Shown: piece by piece, positions 19,101 through 34,100 of the stretch
Numbering within the stretch: position 1 is the stretch's first letter
Layout of the letters: each line of letters opens with the position of its first letter
Assembly: GCA_002189035.1 (NCBI GenBank)
Contig: NEEC01000011.1
Coordinates: 3,286,001-3,350,000 of the forward strand
Direction of reading: 5' to 3'
Source of the DNA: Utricularia gibba
Lineage: Eukaryota; Plantae; Magnoliophyta
Length of the DNA: 64,000 bases
Made by a program: the position numbers and the translations under genes
The notes under the pieces: generated by a model
What the model was told of the DNA's origin: nothing
Database searches by the model: none
Seen by the model: only the letters and a program-made list of their open reading frames with translations

Positions 19101-22100
19101 CCCGTTTCGAAGCTCATTTTGAGGCAGTCATCTTCCGTTTTGGAAGCTTCGTCGTCCGACGATGTATTAGAGCTCGAATTATTGCCTTATATTACCCTTC
19201 AATTGTGCCACAAAGTGGCCACGACGTCGCGATGATGCGACCTCGGACTTCCGATTCGACGCGAATGGGATTTCTCGCTTTCAAGACATATGGATTTCAT
19301 TGGAAGGTGTGAAATTTTTTTAGTGGCGATCCTTCACAATGCCATGGGTGTGTTCCAACCCACACCTGATGAAGGCCCCGTGCACCATTCCGTATTTTGT
19401 CGATATCCTTAAAAGCGTGATGAGCCGCGCTGCGCATGACACACCGTTTCGAAGCTCATTCCAGAGCGGTCATCTTCCGTTTTTGAAGCTTTGTCGTTCG
19501 ACGATGTATCAGAGATGGAATTATTGCCTTATGTTAGCCTTCAATTGTGCCACAAAGTGGCCACGACGTTCGCGATGATGCGAAAAGGAACTTCCGATTC
19601 GACGCGACTAGGATTTCTATCGTGCAAAACATATGCATTTCATTGGAAGGTGTGAAATTTTCGTTTTCGAGGCGATCCCTTACAATGCAACGTGTGTGTT
19701 CCAACCCACACTGATGCAGGCCTCGTGCACCATTCCGTATTTTATCGATATCTTGAAAACCGTGATGAGCCGCGTTGCGCATGACACACCGTTTCGAAGC
19801 TCATTCCAGGCGGTCATCTTCCGTTTCGCAAGCTTTGTCGTTCGACAATATATCAGAGCTCGAATTATTGCCTTATATTAGCCTTCAATTGTGCCACAAA
19901 GTGGCCACGACGTTCGCGATGATGCGACCTCGGACTTCCGATTCGACGCGAATGGGTTTTCTCGCATTCAAGACATATGGATTTCATTGGAAGGTATGAA
20001 ATTTTTGTTTAAGAGGCGAACCCTTACAATGCCACGGTTGTGTTCCAACCCACACCTGATGCAGGCCTCGTGCACCATTCCGTATTTTGTAAATATCTTG
20101 AAAACCGTGATGAGCCTCGTTGCACACGACACACCGTTTCGAAGCTCATTCCGAGCGGTCATCTTCCGTTTTTGAAGCTTCGTCGTCCGACAATATATCA
20201 GAGCTCGAATAATTTCCTTATATTACCCTTCAATTGTGCCACAAAGTGGCCACGACGTTCGCGATGATGCGACTCGGGGCTTCCAATTCGACGCAAATGT
20301 GATTTCTCGCTTGCAAAACACATGCATTTCATTGGAAGGTGTGAAATTTTCGTTTTAGAGGCGATCCCTTACAATGCCACGGTTGTGTTCCAACCCACAC
20401 CTGATGCAGGCCTCGTGCACCATTCCGTATTTTGTCGATATCTTGAAAACCATGATGAGCCACGTTTCGCACGACACACCGTTTCGAAGCTCATTCTAGG
20501 GCTGTCATCTTCCGTTTTGGAAGCTTCGTCGTCCGACAATATATCAGAGCTGGAATTATTGCCTTATATTACCCTTCAACTGTGCCACAAAGTGGCCACG
20601 ACGTTCCGATGATGCGACCTTGGACTTCCGATTCGACGCGAATGGATTTCTCGCTTTCAAGACATATGGATTTCATTGGAAGGTGTGAAATTTTCGTTTG
20701 AGAGGCGATCCCTTACAATGCCACGAGTGTGTTCCAACCCACACCTGATGCAGGCCTTGTTCACCATTCTGTATTTTGTCGATATCTTGAAAACCGTGAT
20801 GAGCCACGTTCCGCACGACACCCCGTTTCGAAGCTCATTTTGAGGCAGTCATCTTCTGTTTTGGAAGCTTCGTCGTCTGACGATGTATTAGAGCTCGAAT
20901 TATTGCCTTATATTACCCTTCAATTGTGCCAGAAAGTGGCCACGACGTTCGCGATGATGCGACCTCGGACTTCCGATTCGACGCGAATGGGATTTCTCGC
21001 TTTCAAGACATATGGATTTCATTGGAAGGTGTGAAATTTCGTTTTAGTGGCGATCCTTCACAATGCCATGGGTGTGTTCCAACCCACACCTGATGTACGC
21101 CTCGTGCACCGTTCCGTATTTTATCGATATGTTGAAAACCGTGATGAGCCACGTTTCACACGACACACCGTTTCAAAGCTCATTCCGAGGCGGTCATCTT
21201 CCGTTTCGCAAGCTTTGTCGTTCGACAATATATCAGAGCTCGAATTATTGCCTTATATTACCTTCAATTGTGCCACAAAGTTTCGCGATGATGCGACTCT
21301 TCCGATTCGACGCGAATGGATTTCTCGCTTTCAAAGCTCATTCTAGGCGGTCATCTTCCGTTTTGGAAGCTTCATTGTCCAACAATATATCAGAGCTGGA
21401 ATTATTGCCTTATATTACCCTTCAATTGTGCCAAAAAGTGCCACGACGTTCGCGATGATGCGACCTCGGACTTCCGATTCGACGCGAATGGGATTTCTCG
21501 CTTTCAAAACATATGGATTTCATTGGAAGGTGTGAAATTTTCGTTTTAGAGGCGATCCCTTACAATGCCACGAGTGTGTTCCAACCCACACCTGATGCAG
21601 GCCTTGTTCACCATTCTGTATTTTGTCGATATCTTGAAAACCGTGATGAGCCACGTTCCGCACGACACCCCGTTTCGAAGCTCATTTTGAGGCGTCATCT
21701 TCCGTTTTGGAAGCTTCGTCGTCCGACGATGTATTAGAGCTCGAATTATTGCCTTATATTACCCTTCAATTGTGCCACAAAGTGGCCACGACGTTCGCGA
21801 TGATGCGACCTCGGACTTCCGATTCGACGCGAATGGGATTTCTCGCTTTCAAGACATATGGATTTCATTGGAAGGTGTGAAATTTCGTTTTAGTGGCGAT
21901 CCTTCACAATGCCATGGTGTGTTCCAACCCACACCTGATGAAGGCCCCGTGCACCATTCCGTATTTTGTCGATATCCTTAAAAGCGTGATGAGCCGCGTT
22001 GCGCATGACACACCGTTTCGAAGCTCATTCTGAGGCGGTCATCTTTCGTTTTGCAAGCTTCATTGTCCGACAATATATCAGAGCTCGAATTATTGCCTTA

Positions 22101-25100
22101 TATTAGCCTTCAATTGTGCCACAAAGTGGCCACGACGTTCGCGATGATGCGACCTCGGACTTCCGATTCGACGCGAATGGTTTTCTCGCATTCAAGACAT
22201 ATGGATTTCATTGGAAGGTATGAAATTTTTGTTTAAGAGGCGAACCCTTACAATGCCACGGTTGTGTTCTAACCCACACCTGATGCAGGCCTCGTGCACC
22301 ATTCCGTATTTTGTAAATATCTTGAAAACCGTGATGAGCCTTGTTGCACACGACACACCGTTTCGAAGCTCATTCCAGAGCGGTCATCTTCCGTTTTTGA
22401 AGCTTCGTCGTTCGACGATGTATCAGAGATCGAATTCTTGCCTTATATTAGCCTTCAATTGTGCCACAAAGTGGCCACGACGTACGTGATGATGCGACTC
22501 GGGCCTTCCGATTTGACGCAAATGTGATTTCTCGCTTGCAAAACACTTGCATTTCATTGGAAGGTGTGAAATTTTCGTTTTAGAGGCGAACCCTTACAAT
22601 GCCACGAGTGTGTTCCAACCCACACCTGATGCAGGCCTCGTGCACCATTCCGTATTTTGTCGATATCTTGAAAACCGTGATGAGCCACGTTTCGCACGAC
22701 ACACCGTTTCGAAGCTCATTCTAGGCAGTCATCTTCCGTTTTGGAAGCTTCGTCGTCCGACAATATATCAGAGCTGGAATTATTGCCTTATATTACCCTT
22801 CAATTGTGCCACAAAGTGGCCACGACGTTCCGATGATGCGACTCGGGCTTCCAATTCGACGCAAATGTGATTTCTCGCTTGCAAAATTATGCATTTCATT
22901 GGAAGGTGTGAAATTTTTGTTTTTGAGGCGATCCCTTACAATGGCACGGTTGTGTTCCAACCCACACCTGATGCAGGCCTCGTGCACCATTCCGTATTTT
23001 ATCGATATCTTGAAACCGTGATGAGCCACGTAGCGTACGACACACTGTTTCAAAGCTCATTCTAGGGCGGTCATCTTCCGTTTTGGAAGCTTCATTGTCC
23101 GACAATATATCAGAGCTCGAATTATTGCCTTATATTAGCCTTCAATTGTGCCACAAAGTGGCCACGACGTTCGCGATGATGCGACCTCGGACTTCCGATT
23201 CGACGCGAATGGTTTTCTCGCATTCAAGACATATGGATTTCATTGGAAGGTATGAAATTTTTGTTTAGAGGCAAACCCTTACAATGCCACGGTTGTGTTC
23301 AACCCACACCTGATGCAGGCCTCGTGCACCATTCCGTATTTTGTAAATATCTTGAAAACCGTGATGAGCCTTGTTGCACACGACACACCGTTTCGAAGCT
23401 CATTCCAGAGCGGTCATCTTCCGTTTTTGAAGCTTCGTCGTTCGACGATGTATCAGAGATCGAATTATTGCCTTATATTAGCCTTCAATTGTGCCACAAA
23501 GTGGTCACGACGTACGATGATGCGACTCGGGGCTTCCAATTCGACGCAAATGGATTTCTCGCTTGCAAAAGATATGCATTTCATTGGAAGGTGTGAAATT
23601 TTTGTTTTTGAGGCGATCCCTTACAATGCACGGTTGTGTTCCAACCCACACCTGATGTAGGCCTCGTGCACCATTCCGTATTTTATCGATATCTTGAAAA
23701 CCGTGATGAGCCACGTTTCGCACGACACACCATTTCGAAGCTCATTCCGAGGCGGTCATCTTCCGTTTTCGCAAGCTTTGTCGTTCGACAATATATCAGA
23801 GCTCGAATTATTTCCTTATATTAGCCTTCAATTGTGCCACAAAGTGGCCACGACGTTCGCGATGATGCGACCTCGGACTTCCGATTCGACGCGAATGGGT
23901 TTTCTCGCATTCAAGACATATGGATTTCATTGGAAGGTATGAAATTTTTGTTTTAGAGGCGAACCCTTACAATGCCACGAGTGTGTTCCAACCCACACCT
24001 GATGCAGGCCTCGTGCACCATTCCGTATTTTGTAAATATCTTGAAAACCGTGATGAGCCTTGTTGCACACGACACACCGTTTCGAAGCTCATTCCAGAGC
24101 GGTCATCTTCCGTTTTTGAAGCTTCGTCGTCCGACGATGTTTAGAGATCGAATTATTGCCTTATATTAGCCTTCAATTGTGCCACAAAGTGGCCACGACG
24201 TTCCCGATGATGCGACCTGGACTTCCGATTCGACGCGAATGGGATTTCTCGCTTTCAAACATATGGATTTCATTGGAAGGTGTGAAATTTTCGTTTTAGT
24301 GGCGATCCTTCACAATGCCATGGGTGTCTTCCAACCCACACCTGATGAAGGCCCCGTGCACCATTCCGTATTTTTATCGATATCTTGAAACCGTGATGAG
24401 CCACGTAGCGTACGACACACGTTTCAAAGCTCATTCTAGGGCGGTCATCTTCCGTTTTGGAAGCTTCATTGTCCGACAATATATCAGAGCTGAATTATTG
24501 CCTTATATTAGCCTTCAATTGTGCCAAAAAGTGGCCACGACGTTCGCGATGATGCGACCTCGGACTTCCGATTCGACGCGAATTGGATTTCTCGCTTTCA
24601 AAACATATGCATTTCATTGGAAGGTGTGAAATTTTCGTTTTAGAGGCGATCCCTTACAATGCCACGGTTGTGTTCCAACCCACACCTGATGAAGGCCTCG
24701 TGCACCATTCCGCATTTTCTCGATATCTTGAATATCGTGATGAGCCACATTGCGCACGACACACCGTTTCGAAGCTCATTCCAGGGCGGTCATCTTCCGT
24801 TTTTGAAGCTTCGTCGTCCGACAATATATCAGAGCTCGAATAATTTCCTTATATTACCCTTCAATTGTGCCACAAAGTGGCCACGACGTTCGCGATGATG
24901 CGACTCGGGGCTTCCAATTCGACGCAAATGTGATTTCTCGCTTGCAAAACACATGCATTTCATTGGAAGGTGTGAAATTTTCGTTTTAGAGGCGATCCCT
25001 TACAATGCCACGGTTGTGTTCCAACCCACACCTGATGCAGGCCTCGTGCACCATTCCGTATTTTGTCGATATCTTGAAAACCGTGATGAGCCACGTTTCG

Positions 25101-28100
25101 CACGACACACCGTTTCGAAGCTCATTCCTAGGCAGTCATCTTCCGTTTGGAAGCTTCGTCGTCCGACAATATATCAGAGCTGCAATATTGCCTTATATTA
25201 CCCTTCAACTGTGCCACAAAGTGGCCACGACGTTCCGATGATGCGACCTCGGACTTCCGATTCGACGCGAATGGGATTTCTCGCTTTCAAGACATATGGA
25301 TTTCATTGGAAGGTGTGAAATTTTCGTTTTAGTGGCGATCCTTACAATGCCATGTGTGTTCCAACCCACACCTGATGAAGGCCTCGTGCACCATTCCGTA
25401 TTTTGTCGATATCTTAAAACCGTGATGAGCCGCGTTGCGCACGACACACCGTTTCGAAGCTCATTCCAGAGCGGTCATCTTCCGTTTTTGAAGCTTTGTC
25501 GTTCGACGATGTATCAGAGCTCGAATTATTGCCTTATATTAGCCTTCAATTGTGCCACAAAGTGGCCACGACGTTCGCGATGATGCACTCGGGCTTCCGA
25601 TTCGACGCGATGGATTTTTCTGCTTGCAAAACATATGCATTTCATTGGAAGGTGTGAAATTTTCGTTTTAGAGGCGATCCCTTACAATGCACGGTTGTGT
25701 TCCAACCCACACCTGATGCAGGCCTCGTGCACCATTCCGTATTTTATCGATATCTTGAAAACCGTGATGAGCCACGTTCCGCACGACACACCGTTTCGAA
25801 GCTCATTTGAGGCAGTCATCTTCCGTTTTGGAAGCTTCGTCGTCCGACGATGTATTAGAGCTCGAATTATTGCCTTATATTAGCCTTCAATTGTGCCACA
25901 AAGTGGCCACGACGTTCGCGATGATGCGACCTCGGACTTCCGATTCGACGCGAATGGGATTTCTCGCTTTCAAGACATATGGATTTCATTGGAAGGTGTG
26001 AAATTTTCGTTTTAGAGGCGATCCTTACAATGCCATGGGTGTGTTCCAACCCACACCTGATGAAGGCCCGTGCACCATTCCGTATTTTGTCGATATCCTT
26101 AAAAGCGTGATGAGCCGCGTTGCGCATGACACACCGTTTCGAAGCTCATTCCAGAGCGGTCATCTTCCGTTTTTGAAGCTTTGTCGTTCGACGATGTATC
26201 AGAGATCGAATTATTGCCTTATTTAGCCTTCAATTGTGCCACAAAGTGGCCACGACGTTCGCGATGATGCGACTCGGGACTTCCGATTCGACGCGATGGA
26301 TTTCGCTTGCAAAACATATGCATTTCATTGGAAGGTGTGAAATTTTCGTTTTTGAGGCGATCCCTTACAATGCACGGTTGTGTTCCAACCCACACCTGAT
26401 GCAGGCCTCGTGCACCATTCCGTATTTTATCGATATCTTGAAAACCGTGATGAGCCACGTTTCGCACGACACACCGTTTCGAAGCTCATTCCGAGGCGGT
26501 CATCTTCCGTTTGAAGCTTTGTCGTTCGACAATATATCAGAGCTCGAATTATTGCCTTATATTAGCCTTCAATTGTGCCACAAAGTGGCCACGACGTTCG
26601 CGATGATGCGACCTCGGACTTCCGATTCGACGCGAATGGTTTTCTCGCATTCAAGACATATGGATTTCATTGGAAGGTATGAAATTTTTGTTTAGAGGCG
26701 AACCCTTACAATGCCACGGTTGTGTTCCAACCCACACCTGATGCAGGCCTCGTGCACCATTCCGTATTTTTGTAAATATCTTGAAAACCGTGATGAGCCT
26801 TGTTGCACACGACACACCGTTTCGAAGCTCATTCCAGCGGTCATCTTCCGTTTGAAGCTTCGTCGTTCGACGATGTATCAGAGATCGAATTATTGCCTTA
26901 TATTAGCCTTCAATTGTGCCACAAAGTGGCCACGACGTACGCGATGATGCGACTCGGGGCTTCCAATTCGACGCAAATGTGATTTTTCGCTTGCAAAATA
27001 TGCATTTCATTGGAAGGTGTGAAATTTTTGTTTTTGAGGCGATCCCTTACAATGCACGGTTGTTCCAACCCACACCTGATGCAGGCCTCGTGCACCATTC
27101 CGTATTTTATCGATATCTTGAAAACCGTGATGAGCCACGTTTCGCACGACACACCGTTTCGAAGCTCATTCCGAGGCGGTCATCTTCCGTTTTCGCAAGC
27201 TTTGTCGTTCGACAAATATCAGAGCTCGAATTATTGCCTTATATTAGCCTTCAATTGTGCCACAAAGTGGCCACGACGTTCGCGATGATGCGACCTCGGA
27301 CTTCCGATTCGACGCGAATGGGTTTTCTCGCATTCAAGACATATGGATTTCATTGGAAGGTATGAAATTTTTGTTTAAGAGGCGAACCCTTACAATGCCG
27401 GTTGTGTTCCAACCCACACCTGATGCAGGCCTCGTGCACCATTCCGTATTTTATCGATATCTTGAAAACCGTGATGAGCCACGTTTCACACGACACACCG
27501 TTTCGAAGCTCATTCCGAGGCGGTCATCTTCCGTTTTGAAGCTTTGTCGTTCGACAATATATCAGAGCTCGAATTATTGCCTTATATTAGCCTTCAATTG
27601 TGCCACAAAGTGGCCACGACGTTCGCGATGATGCGACCTCGGACTTCCGATTCGACGCGAATGGGATTTCTCGCTTTCAAAACATATGGATTTCATTGGA
27701 AGTGTGAAATTTTCGTTTTTGAGGCGATCCCTTACAATGCCACGGTTGTGTTCCAACCCACACCTGATGCAGGCCTCGTGCACCATTCCGTATTTTTCGA
27801 TATCTTGAAAACCGTGATGAGCACGTTGCGCACGACACACCGTTTCGAAGCTCATTCCAGGCGGTCATCTTCCGTTTTTGAAGCTTTGTCGTCCGACAAT
27901 ATATCAGAGCTCGAATTATTGCCTTATATTACCCTTCAATTGTGCCACAAAGTGGCCACGACGTTCGCGATGATGCGACTCGGGGCTTCCAATTCGACGC
28001 AAATGTGATTTCTCGCTTGCAAAACATATGCATTTCATTGGAAGGTGTGAAATTTTCGTTTTAGAGGCGATCCCTTACAATGCCACGGTTGTGTTCCAAC

Positions 28101-31100
28101 CCACACCTGATGCAGGCCTCGTGCACCATTCCGTATTTTGTCGATATCTTGAAACCGTGATGAGCCACGTTGCGTACGACACACCGTTTCGAAGCTCATT
28201 CAGGGCGGTCATCTTCCGTTTTGGAAGCTTCGTTGTCCGACAATATATCAGAGCTGGAATTATTGCCTTATATTACCCTTCAATTGTGCCAAAAAGTGGC
28301 CACGACGTTCGCGATGATGCGACCTCGGACTTCCGATTCGACGCGAATGGGATTTCTCGCTTTCAAAACATATGGATTTCATTGGAAGGTGTGAAATTTT
28401 CGTTTTAGAGGCGATCCCTTACAATGCCACGGTGTGTGTTCCAACCCACACCTGATGCAGGCCTCGTGCACCATTCGTATTTTGTCGATATCTTGAAAAC
28501 CGTGATGAGCCACGTTCCGCACGACACACCGTTTCGAAGCTCATTTGAGGCGGTCATCTTCCGTTTTGGAAGCTTCGTCGTCCGACGATGTATCAGAGCT
28601 CGAATTATTGCCTTATATTAGCCTTCAATTGTGCCACAAAGTGGCCACGACGTTCGCGATGATGCGACCTCGGACTTCCGATTCGACGCGGATTTCTCGC
28701 TTTCAAACATATGGATTTCATTGGAAGGTGAAATTTTCGTTTTAGAGGCGATCCTTACAATGCCAGGTGTGTTCCAACCCACACCTGATGCAGGCCTCGT
28801 GCACCATTCCGTATTTTGTCGATATCTTGAAAACCGTGATGAGCCGCGTTGCGCACGACACACCGTTTCGAAGCTCATTCCAGAGCGGTCATCTTCCGTT
28901 TTTGAAGCTTCGTCGTCCGACGATGTATCAGAGCTCGAATTATTGCCTTATATTAGCCTTCAATTGTGCCACAAAGGGCCACGACGTTCGCGATGATGCG
29001 GACTTCCGATTCGACGCGAATGGATTTCTCGCTTCAAAACATATGCATTCATTGGAAGGTGTGAAATTTTCGTTTTGAGGCGATCCCTTACAATGCACGG
29101 TGTGTTCCAACCCACACCTGATGCAGGCCTCGTGCACCATTCCGTATTTTATCGATATCTTGAAAACCGTGATGAGCCGCGTTGCGCACGACACACCGTT
29201 TCGAAGCTCATTCCAGGCGGTCATCTTCCGTTTTGAAGCTTTGTCGTTCGACAATATATCAGAGCTCGAATTATTGCCTTATATTAGCCTTCAATTGTGC
29301 CACAAAGTGGCCACGACGTTCGCGATGATGCGACCTCGGACTTCCGATTCGACGCGAATGGGTTTTCTCGCATCAAGACATATGGATTTCATTGGAAGGT
29401 ATGAAATTTTTGTTTAGAGGCGAACCCTTACAATGCCACGGTTGTGTTCCAACCCACACCTGATGCAGGCCTCGTGCACCATTCCGTATTTTTGTAAATA
29501 TCTTGAAAACCGTGATGAGCCTGTTGCACACGACACACCGTTTCGAAGCTCATTCCCGAGCGGTCATCTTCCGTTTTTGAAGCTTCGTCGTCCGACAATA
29601 TATCAGAGCTCGAATTATTGCCTTATATTACCCTTCAATTGTGCCACAAAGTGGCCACGACGTTCGCGATGATGCGACTCGGGGCTTCCAATTCGACGCA
29701 AATGTGATTTCTCGCTTGCAAAACATATGCATTTCATTGGAAGGTGTGAAATTTTGTTTTAGAGGCGATCCCTTACAATGCCACGGTTGTGTTCCAACCC
29801 ACACCTGATGCAGGCCTCGTGCACCATTCCGTATTTTGTCGATATCTTGAAAACCGTGATGAGCCACGTTTCGCACGACACACCGTTTCGAAGCTCATTC
29901 TAGGGCGGTCATCTTCCGTTTTGGAAGCTTCGTCGTCCGACAATATATCAGAGCTCGAATTATTGCCTTATATTACCCTTCAATTGTGCCACAAAGTGGC
30001 CACGACGTTCGCGATGATGCGACCTTGGACTTCCGATTCGACGCGAATGGATTTCTCGCTTTCAAGACATATGGATTTCATTGGAAGGTGTGAAATTTTG
30101 TTTTAGAGGCGATCCCTTACAATGCCACGGTGTGTTCCAACCCACACCTGATGCAGGCCTCGTGCACCATTCCGTATTTTGTCGATATCTTGAAAACCGT
30201 GATGAGCCACGTTGCACGACACACCGTTTCGAAGCTCATTCCAGGCGGTCATCTTCCGTTTTGAAGCTTCGTCGTCCGACGATGTATCAGAGCTCGAATT
30301 ATTGCCTTATATTACCCTTCAATGTGCCACAAAGTGGCCACGACGTTCGCGATGATGCGACTCGGACTTCCGATTCGACGCGAATGGATTTCTCGCTTTC
30401 AAAACATATGCATTTCATTGGAAGTGTGAAATTTTCGTTTTGAGGCGATCCCTTACAATGCCACGGTTGTGTTCCAACCCACACCTGATGTAGGCCTCGT
30501 GCACCATTCCGTATTTTATCGATATCTTGAAAACCGTGATGAGCCACGTTTCACACGACACACCGTTTCGAAGCTCATTCCGAGGCGGTCATCTTCCGTT
30601 TCGAAGCGTCGACAATATATCAGAGCTCGAATTATTGCTTCAATTGTGCCACAAAGTGGCCACGAATGATGCGAGAATTTATAAGAAGCTTCGATCAGAG
30701 CTGGAATTATTGCCTTATATTACCTTCAATTGTGCCAAAAGTGGCCACGACGTTCGCGATGATGCGACCTCGGACTTCCGATTCGACGCGAATGGATTTC
30801 TCGCTTTCAAACATATGGATTTCATTGGAAGGTGTGAAATTTTTGTTTTAGAGGCGATCCCTTACAATGCCACGGTGTGTTCCAACCCACACCTGATGCA
30901 GGCCTCGTGCACCATTCCGTATTTTGTCGATATCTTGAAAACCGTGATGAGCCACGTTGCACGACACACCGTTTCGAAGCTCATTTTGAGGCGGTCATCT
31001 TCCGTTTTGAAGCTTCGTCGTCCGACGATGTATCAGAGCTCGAATTATTGCCTTATATTACCCTTCAATTGTGCCACAAAGTGGCCACGACGTTCGCGAT

Positions 31101-34100
31101 GATGCGACCTCGGACTTCCGATTCGACGCGAATGGATTTCTCGCTTTCAAAACATATGGATTTCATTGGAAGGTGTGAAATTTTCGTTTTAGAGGCGATC
31201 CTTACAATGCCAGGTTGTGTTCCAACCCACACCTGATGAAGGCCTCGTGCACCATTCCGTATTTTGTCGATATCTTAAAACCGTGATGAGCCGCGTTGCG
31301 CACGACACACCGTTTCGAAGCTCATTCGAGCGGTCATCTTCCGTTTTTGAAGCTTCGTCGTCCGACAATATATCAGAGCTCGAATTATTGCCTTATATTA
31401 GCCTTCAATTGTGCCACAAAGTGGCCACGACGTTCGCGATGATGCGACTCGGACTTCCGATTCGACGCGAATGGGTTTCTCGCTTCAAAGACATATGGAT
31501 TTCATTGGAAGGTGTGAAATTTTTTGTTTAGAGGCGAACCCTTACAATGCCACGGTTGTGTTCCAACCCACACCTGATGCAGGCCTCGTGCACCATTCCG
31601 TATTTTGGATATCTTGAAAACCGTGATGAGCCACGTTTGCACGACACACCGTTTCGAAGCTCATTCCAGAGCGGTCATCTTCCGTTTTGAAGCTTCGTCG
31701 TTCGACGATGTATCAGAGCTCGAATTTGCCTTATATTAGCCTTCAATTGTGCCACAAAGTGGCCACGACGTCGCGATGATGCGACTCGGGCTTCCGATTC
31801 GACGCAAATGTGATTTCTCGCTTGCAAACATATGCATTTCATTGGAAGGTGTGAAATTTTCGTTTTAGAGGCGAACCCTTACAATGCCACGGTGTGTTCC
31901 AACCCACACCTGATGCAGGCCTCGTGCACCATTCCGTATTTTGTCGATATCTTGAAAACCGTGATGAGCGCGTTGCGCACGACACACCGTTTCGAAGCTC
32001 ATTCAGGGCGTCATCTTCCGTTTTGAAGCTTCGTCGTCCGACAATATATCAGAGCTCGAATTATTGCCTTATATTACCCTTCAATTGTGCCACAAAGTGG
32101 CCACGACGTTCGCGATGATGCGACTCGGGCTTCCAATTCGACGCAAATGTGATTTCTCGCTTGCAAAATATGCATTTCATTGGAAGGTGTGAAATTTTTG
32201 TTTTGAGGCGATCCCTTACAATGGCACGGTTGTGTTCCAACCCACACCTGATGCAGGCCTCGTGCACCATTCCGTATTTTATCGATATCTTGAAACCGTG
32301 ATGAGCCACGTTGCGCACGACACACGTTTCGAAGCTCATTCAGGGCGGTCATCTTCCGTTTTGGAAGCTTCGTCCGACAATATATCAGAGCTCGAATTAT
32401 TGCCTTATATTAGCCTTCAATTGTGCCACAAAGTGGCCACGACGTTCGCGATGATGCGACCTCGGACTTCCGATTCGACGCGAATGGGATTTCTCGCATT
32501 CAAGACATATGGATTTCATTGGAAGGTATGAAATTTTTGTTTTAGAGGCGAACCCTTACAATGCCACGGTGTGTTTCCAACCCACACCTGATGCAGGCCT
32601 CGTGCACCATTCCGTATTTTTGTAAATATCTTGAAAACCGTGATGAGCCTTGTTGCACACGACACACCGTTTCGAAGCTCATTCCAGAGCGGTCATCTTC
32701 CGTTTTTGAAGCTTCGTCGTTCGACGATGTATCAGAGATCGAATTATTGCCTTATATTAGCCTTCAATTGTGCCACAAAGTGGCCACGACCGTTGACTCG
32801 GGCTTCCAATTCGACGCAAATGTGATTTCTCGCTTGCAAAATATGCATTTCATTGGAAGGTGTGAAATTTTTGTTTTTGAGGCGATCCCTTACAATGGCA
32901 CGGTTGTGTTCCAACCCACACCTGATGAAGGCCTCGTGCACCATTCCGTATTTTATCGATATCTTGAAAACCGTGATGAGCCACGTTTCGCACGACACAC
33001 CGTTTCGAAGCTCATTCCGAGGCGGTCATCTTCCGTTTTGAAGCTTTGTCGTTCGACAATATATCAGAGCTCGAATTATTGCCTTATATTAGCCTTCAAT
33101 TGTGCCACAAAGTGGCCACGACGTTCGCGATGATGCGACCTCGGACTTCCGATTCGACGCGAATGGGTTTTCTCGCATTCAAGACATATGGATTTCATTG
33201 GAAGGTATGAAATTTTTTGTTTTAGAGGCGACCCTTACAATGCCACGGTGTGTTCCAACCCACACCTGATGCAGGCCTCGTGCACCATTCCGTATTTTGA
33301 TATCTTGAAAACCGTGATGAGCCTTGTTGCACACGACACACCGTTTCGAAGCTCATTCCAGAGCGGTCATCTTCCGTTTTTGAAGCTTCGTCGTCCGACG
33401 ATGTATCAGAGATCGAATTATTGCCTTATATTAGCCTTCAATTGTGCCACAAAGTGGCCACGACGTTCGCGATGATGCGACCTCGGACTTCCGATTCGAC
33501 GCGAATGGGATTTCTCGCTTTCAAACATATGGATTTCATTGGAAGGTGTGAAATTTTTCGTTTTAGAGGCGATCCTTACAATGCCACGGGTGTGTTCCAA
33601 CCCACACCTGATGAAGGCCTCGTGCACCATTCCGTATTTTATCGATATCTTGAAAACCGTGATGAGCCACGTTGCGCACGACACACGTTTCAAAGCTCAT
33701 TCGGCGGTCATCTTCCGTTTTGGAAGCTTCGTCGTCCGACAATATATCAGAGCTCGAATTATTGCCTTATATTAGCCTTCAATTGTGCCAAAAAGTGGCC
33801 ACGACGTTCGCGATGATGCGACCTCGGACTTCCGATTCGACGCGAATTGGATTTCTCGCTTTCAAAACATATGCATTTCATTGGAAGGTGTGAAATTTTC
33901 GTTTAGAGGCGATCCCTTACAATGCCACGGTTGTGTTCCAACCCACACCTGATGAAGGCCTCGTGCACCATTCCGTATTTTCTCGATATCTTGAAACCGT
34001 GATGAGCCACGTTGCGCACGACACACCGTTTCGAAGCTCATTCCAGGGCGGTCATCTTCCGTTTTTGAAGCTTCGTCGTCCGACAATATATCAGAGCTCG

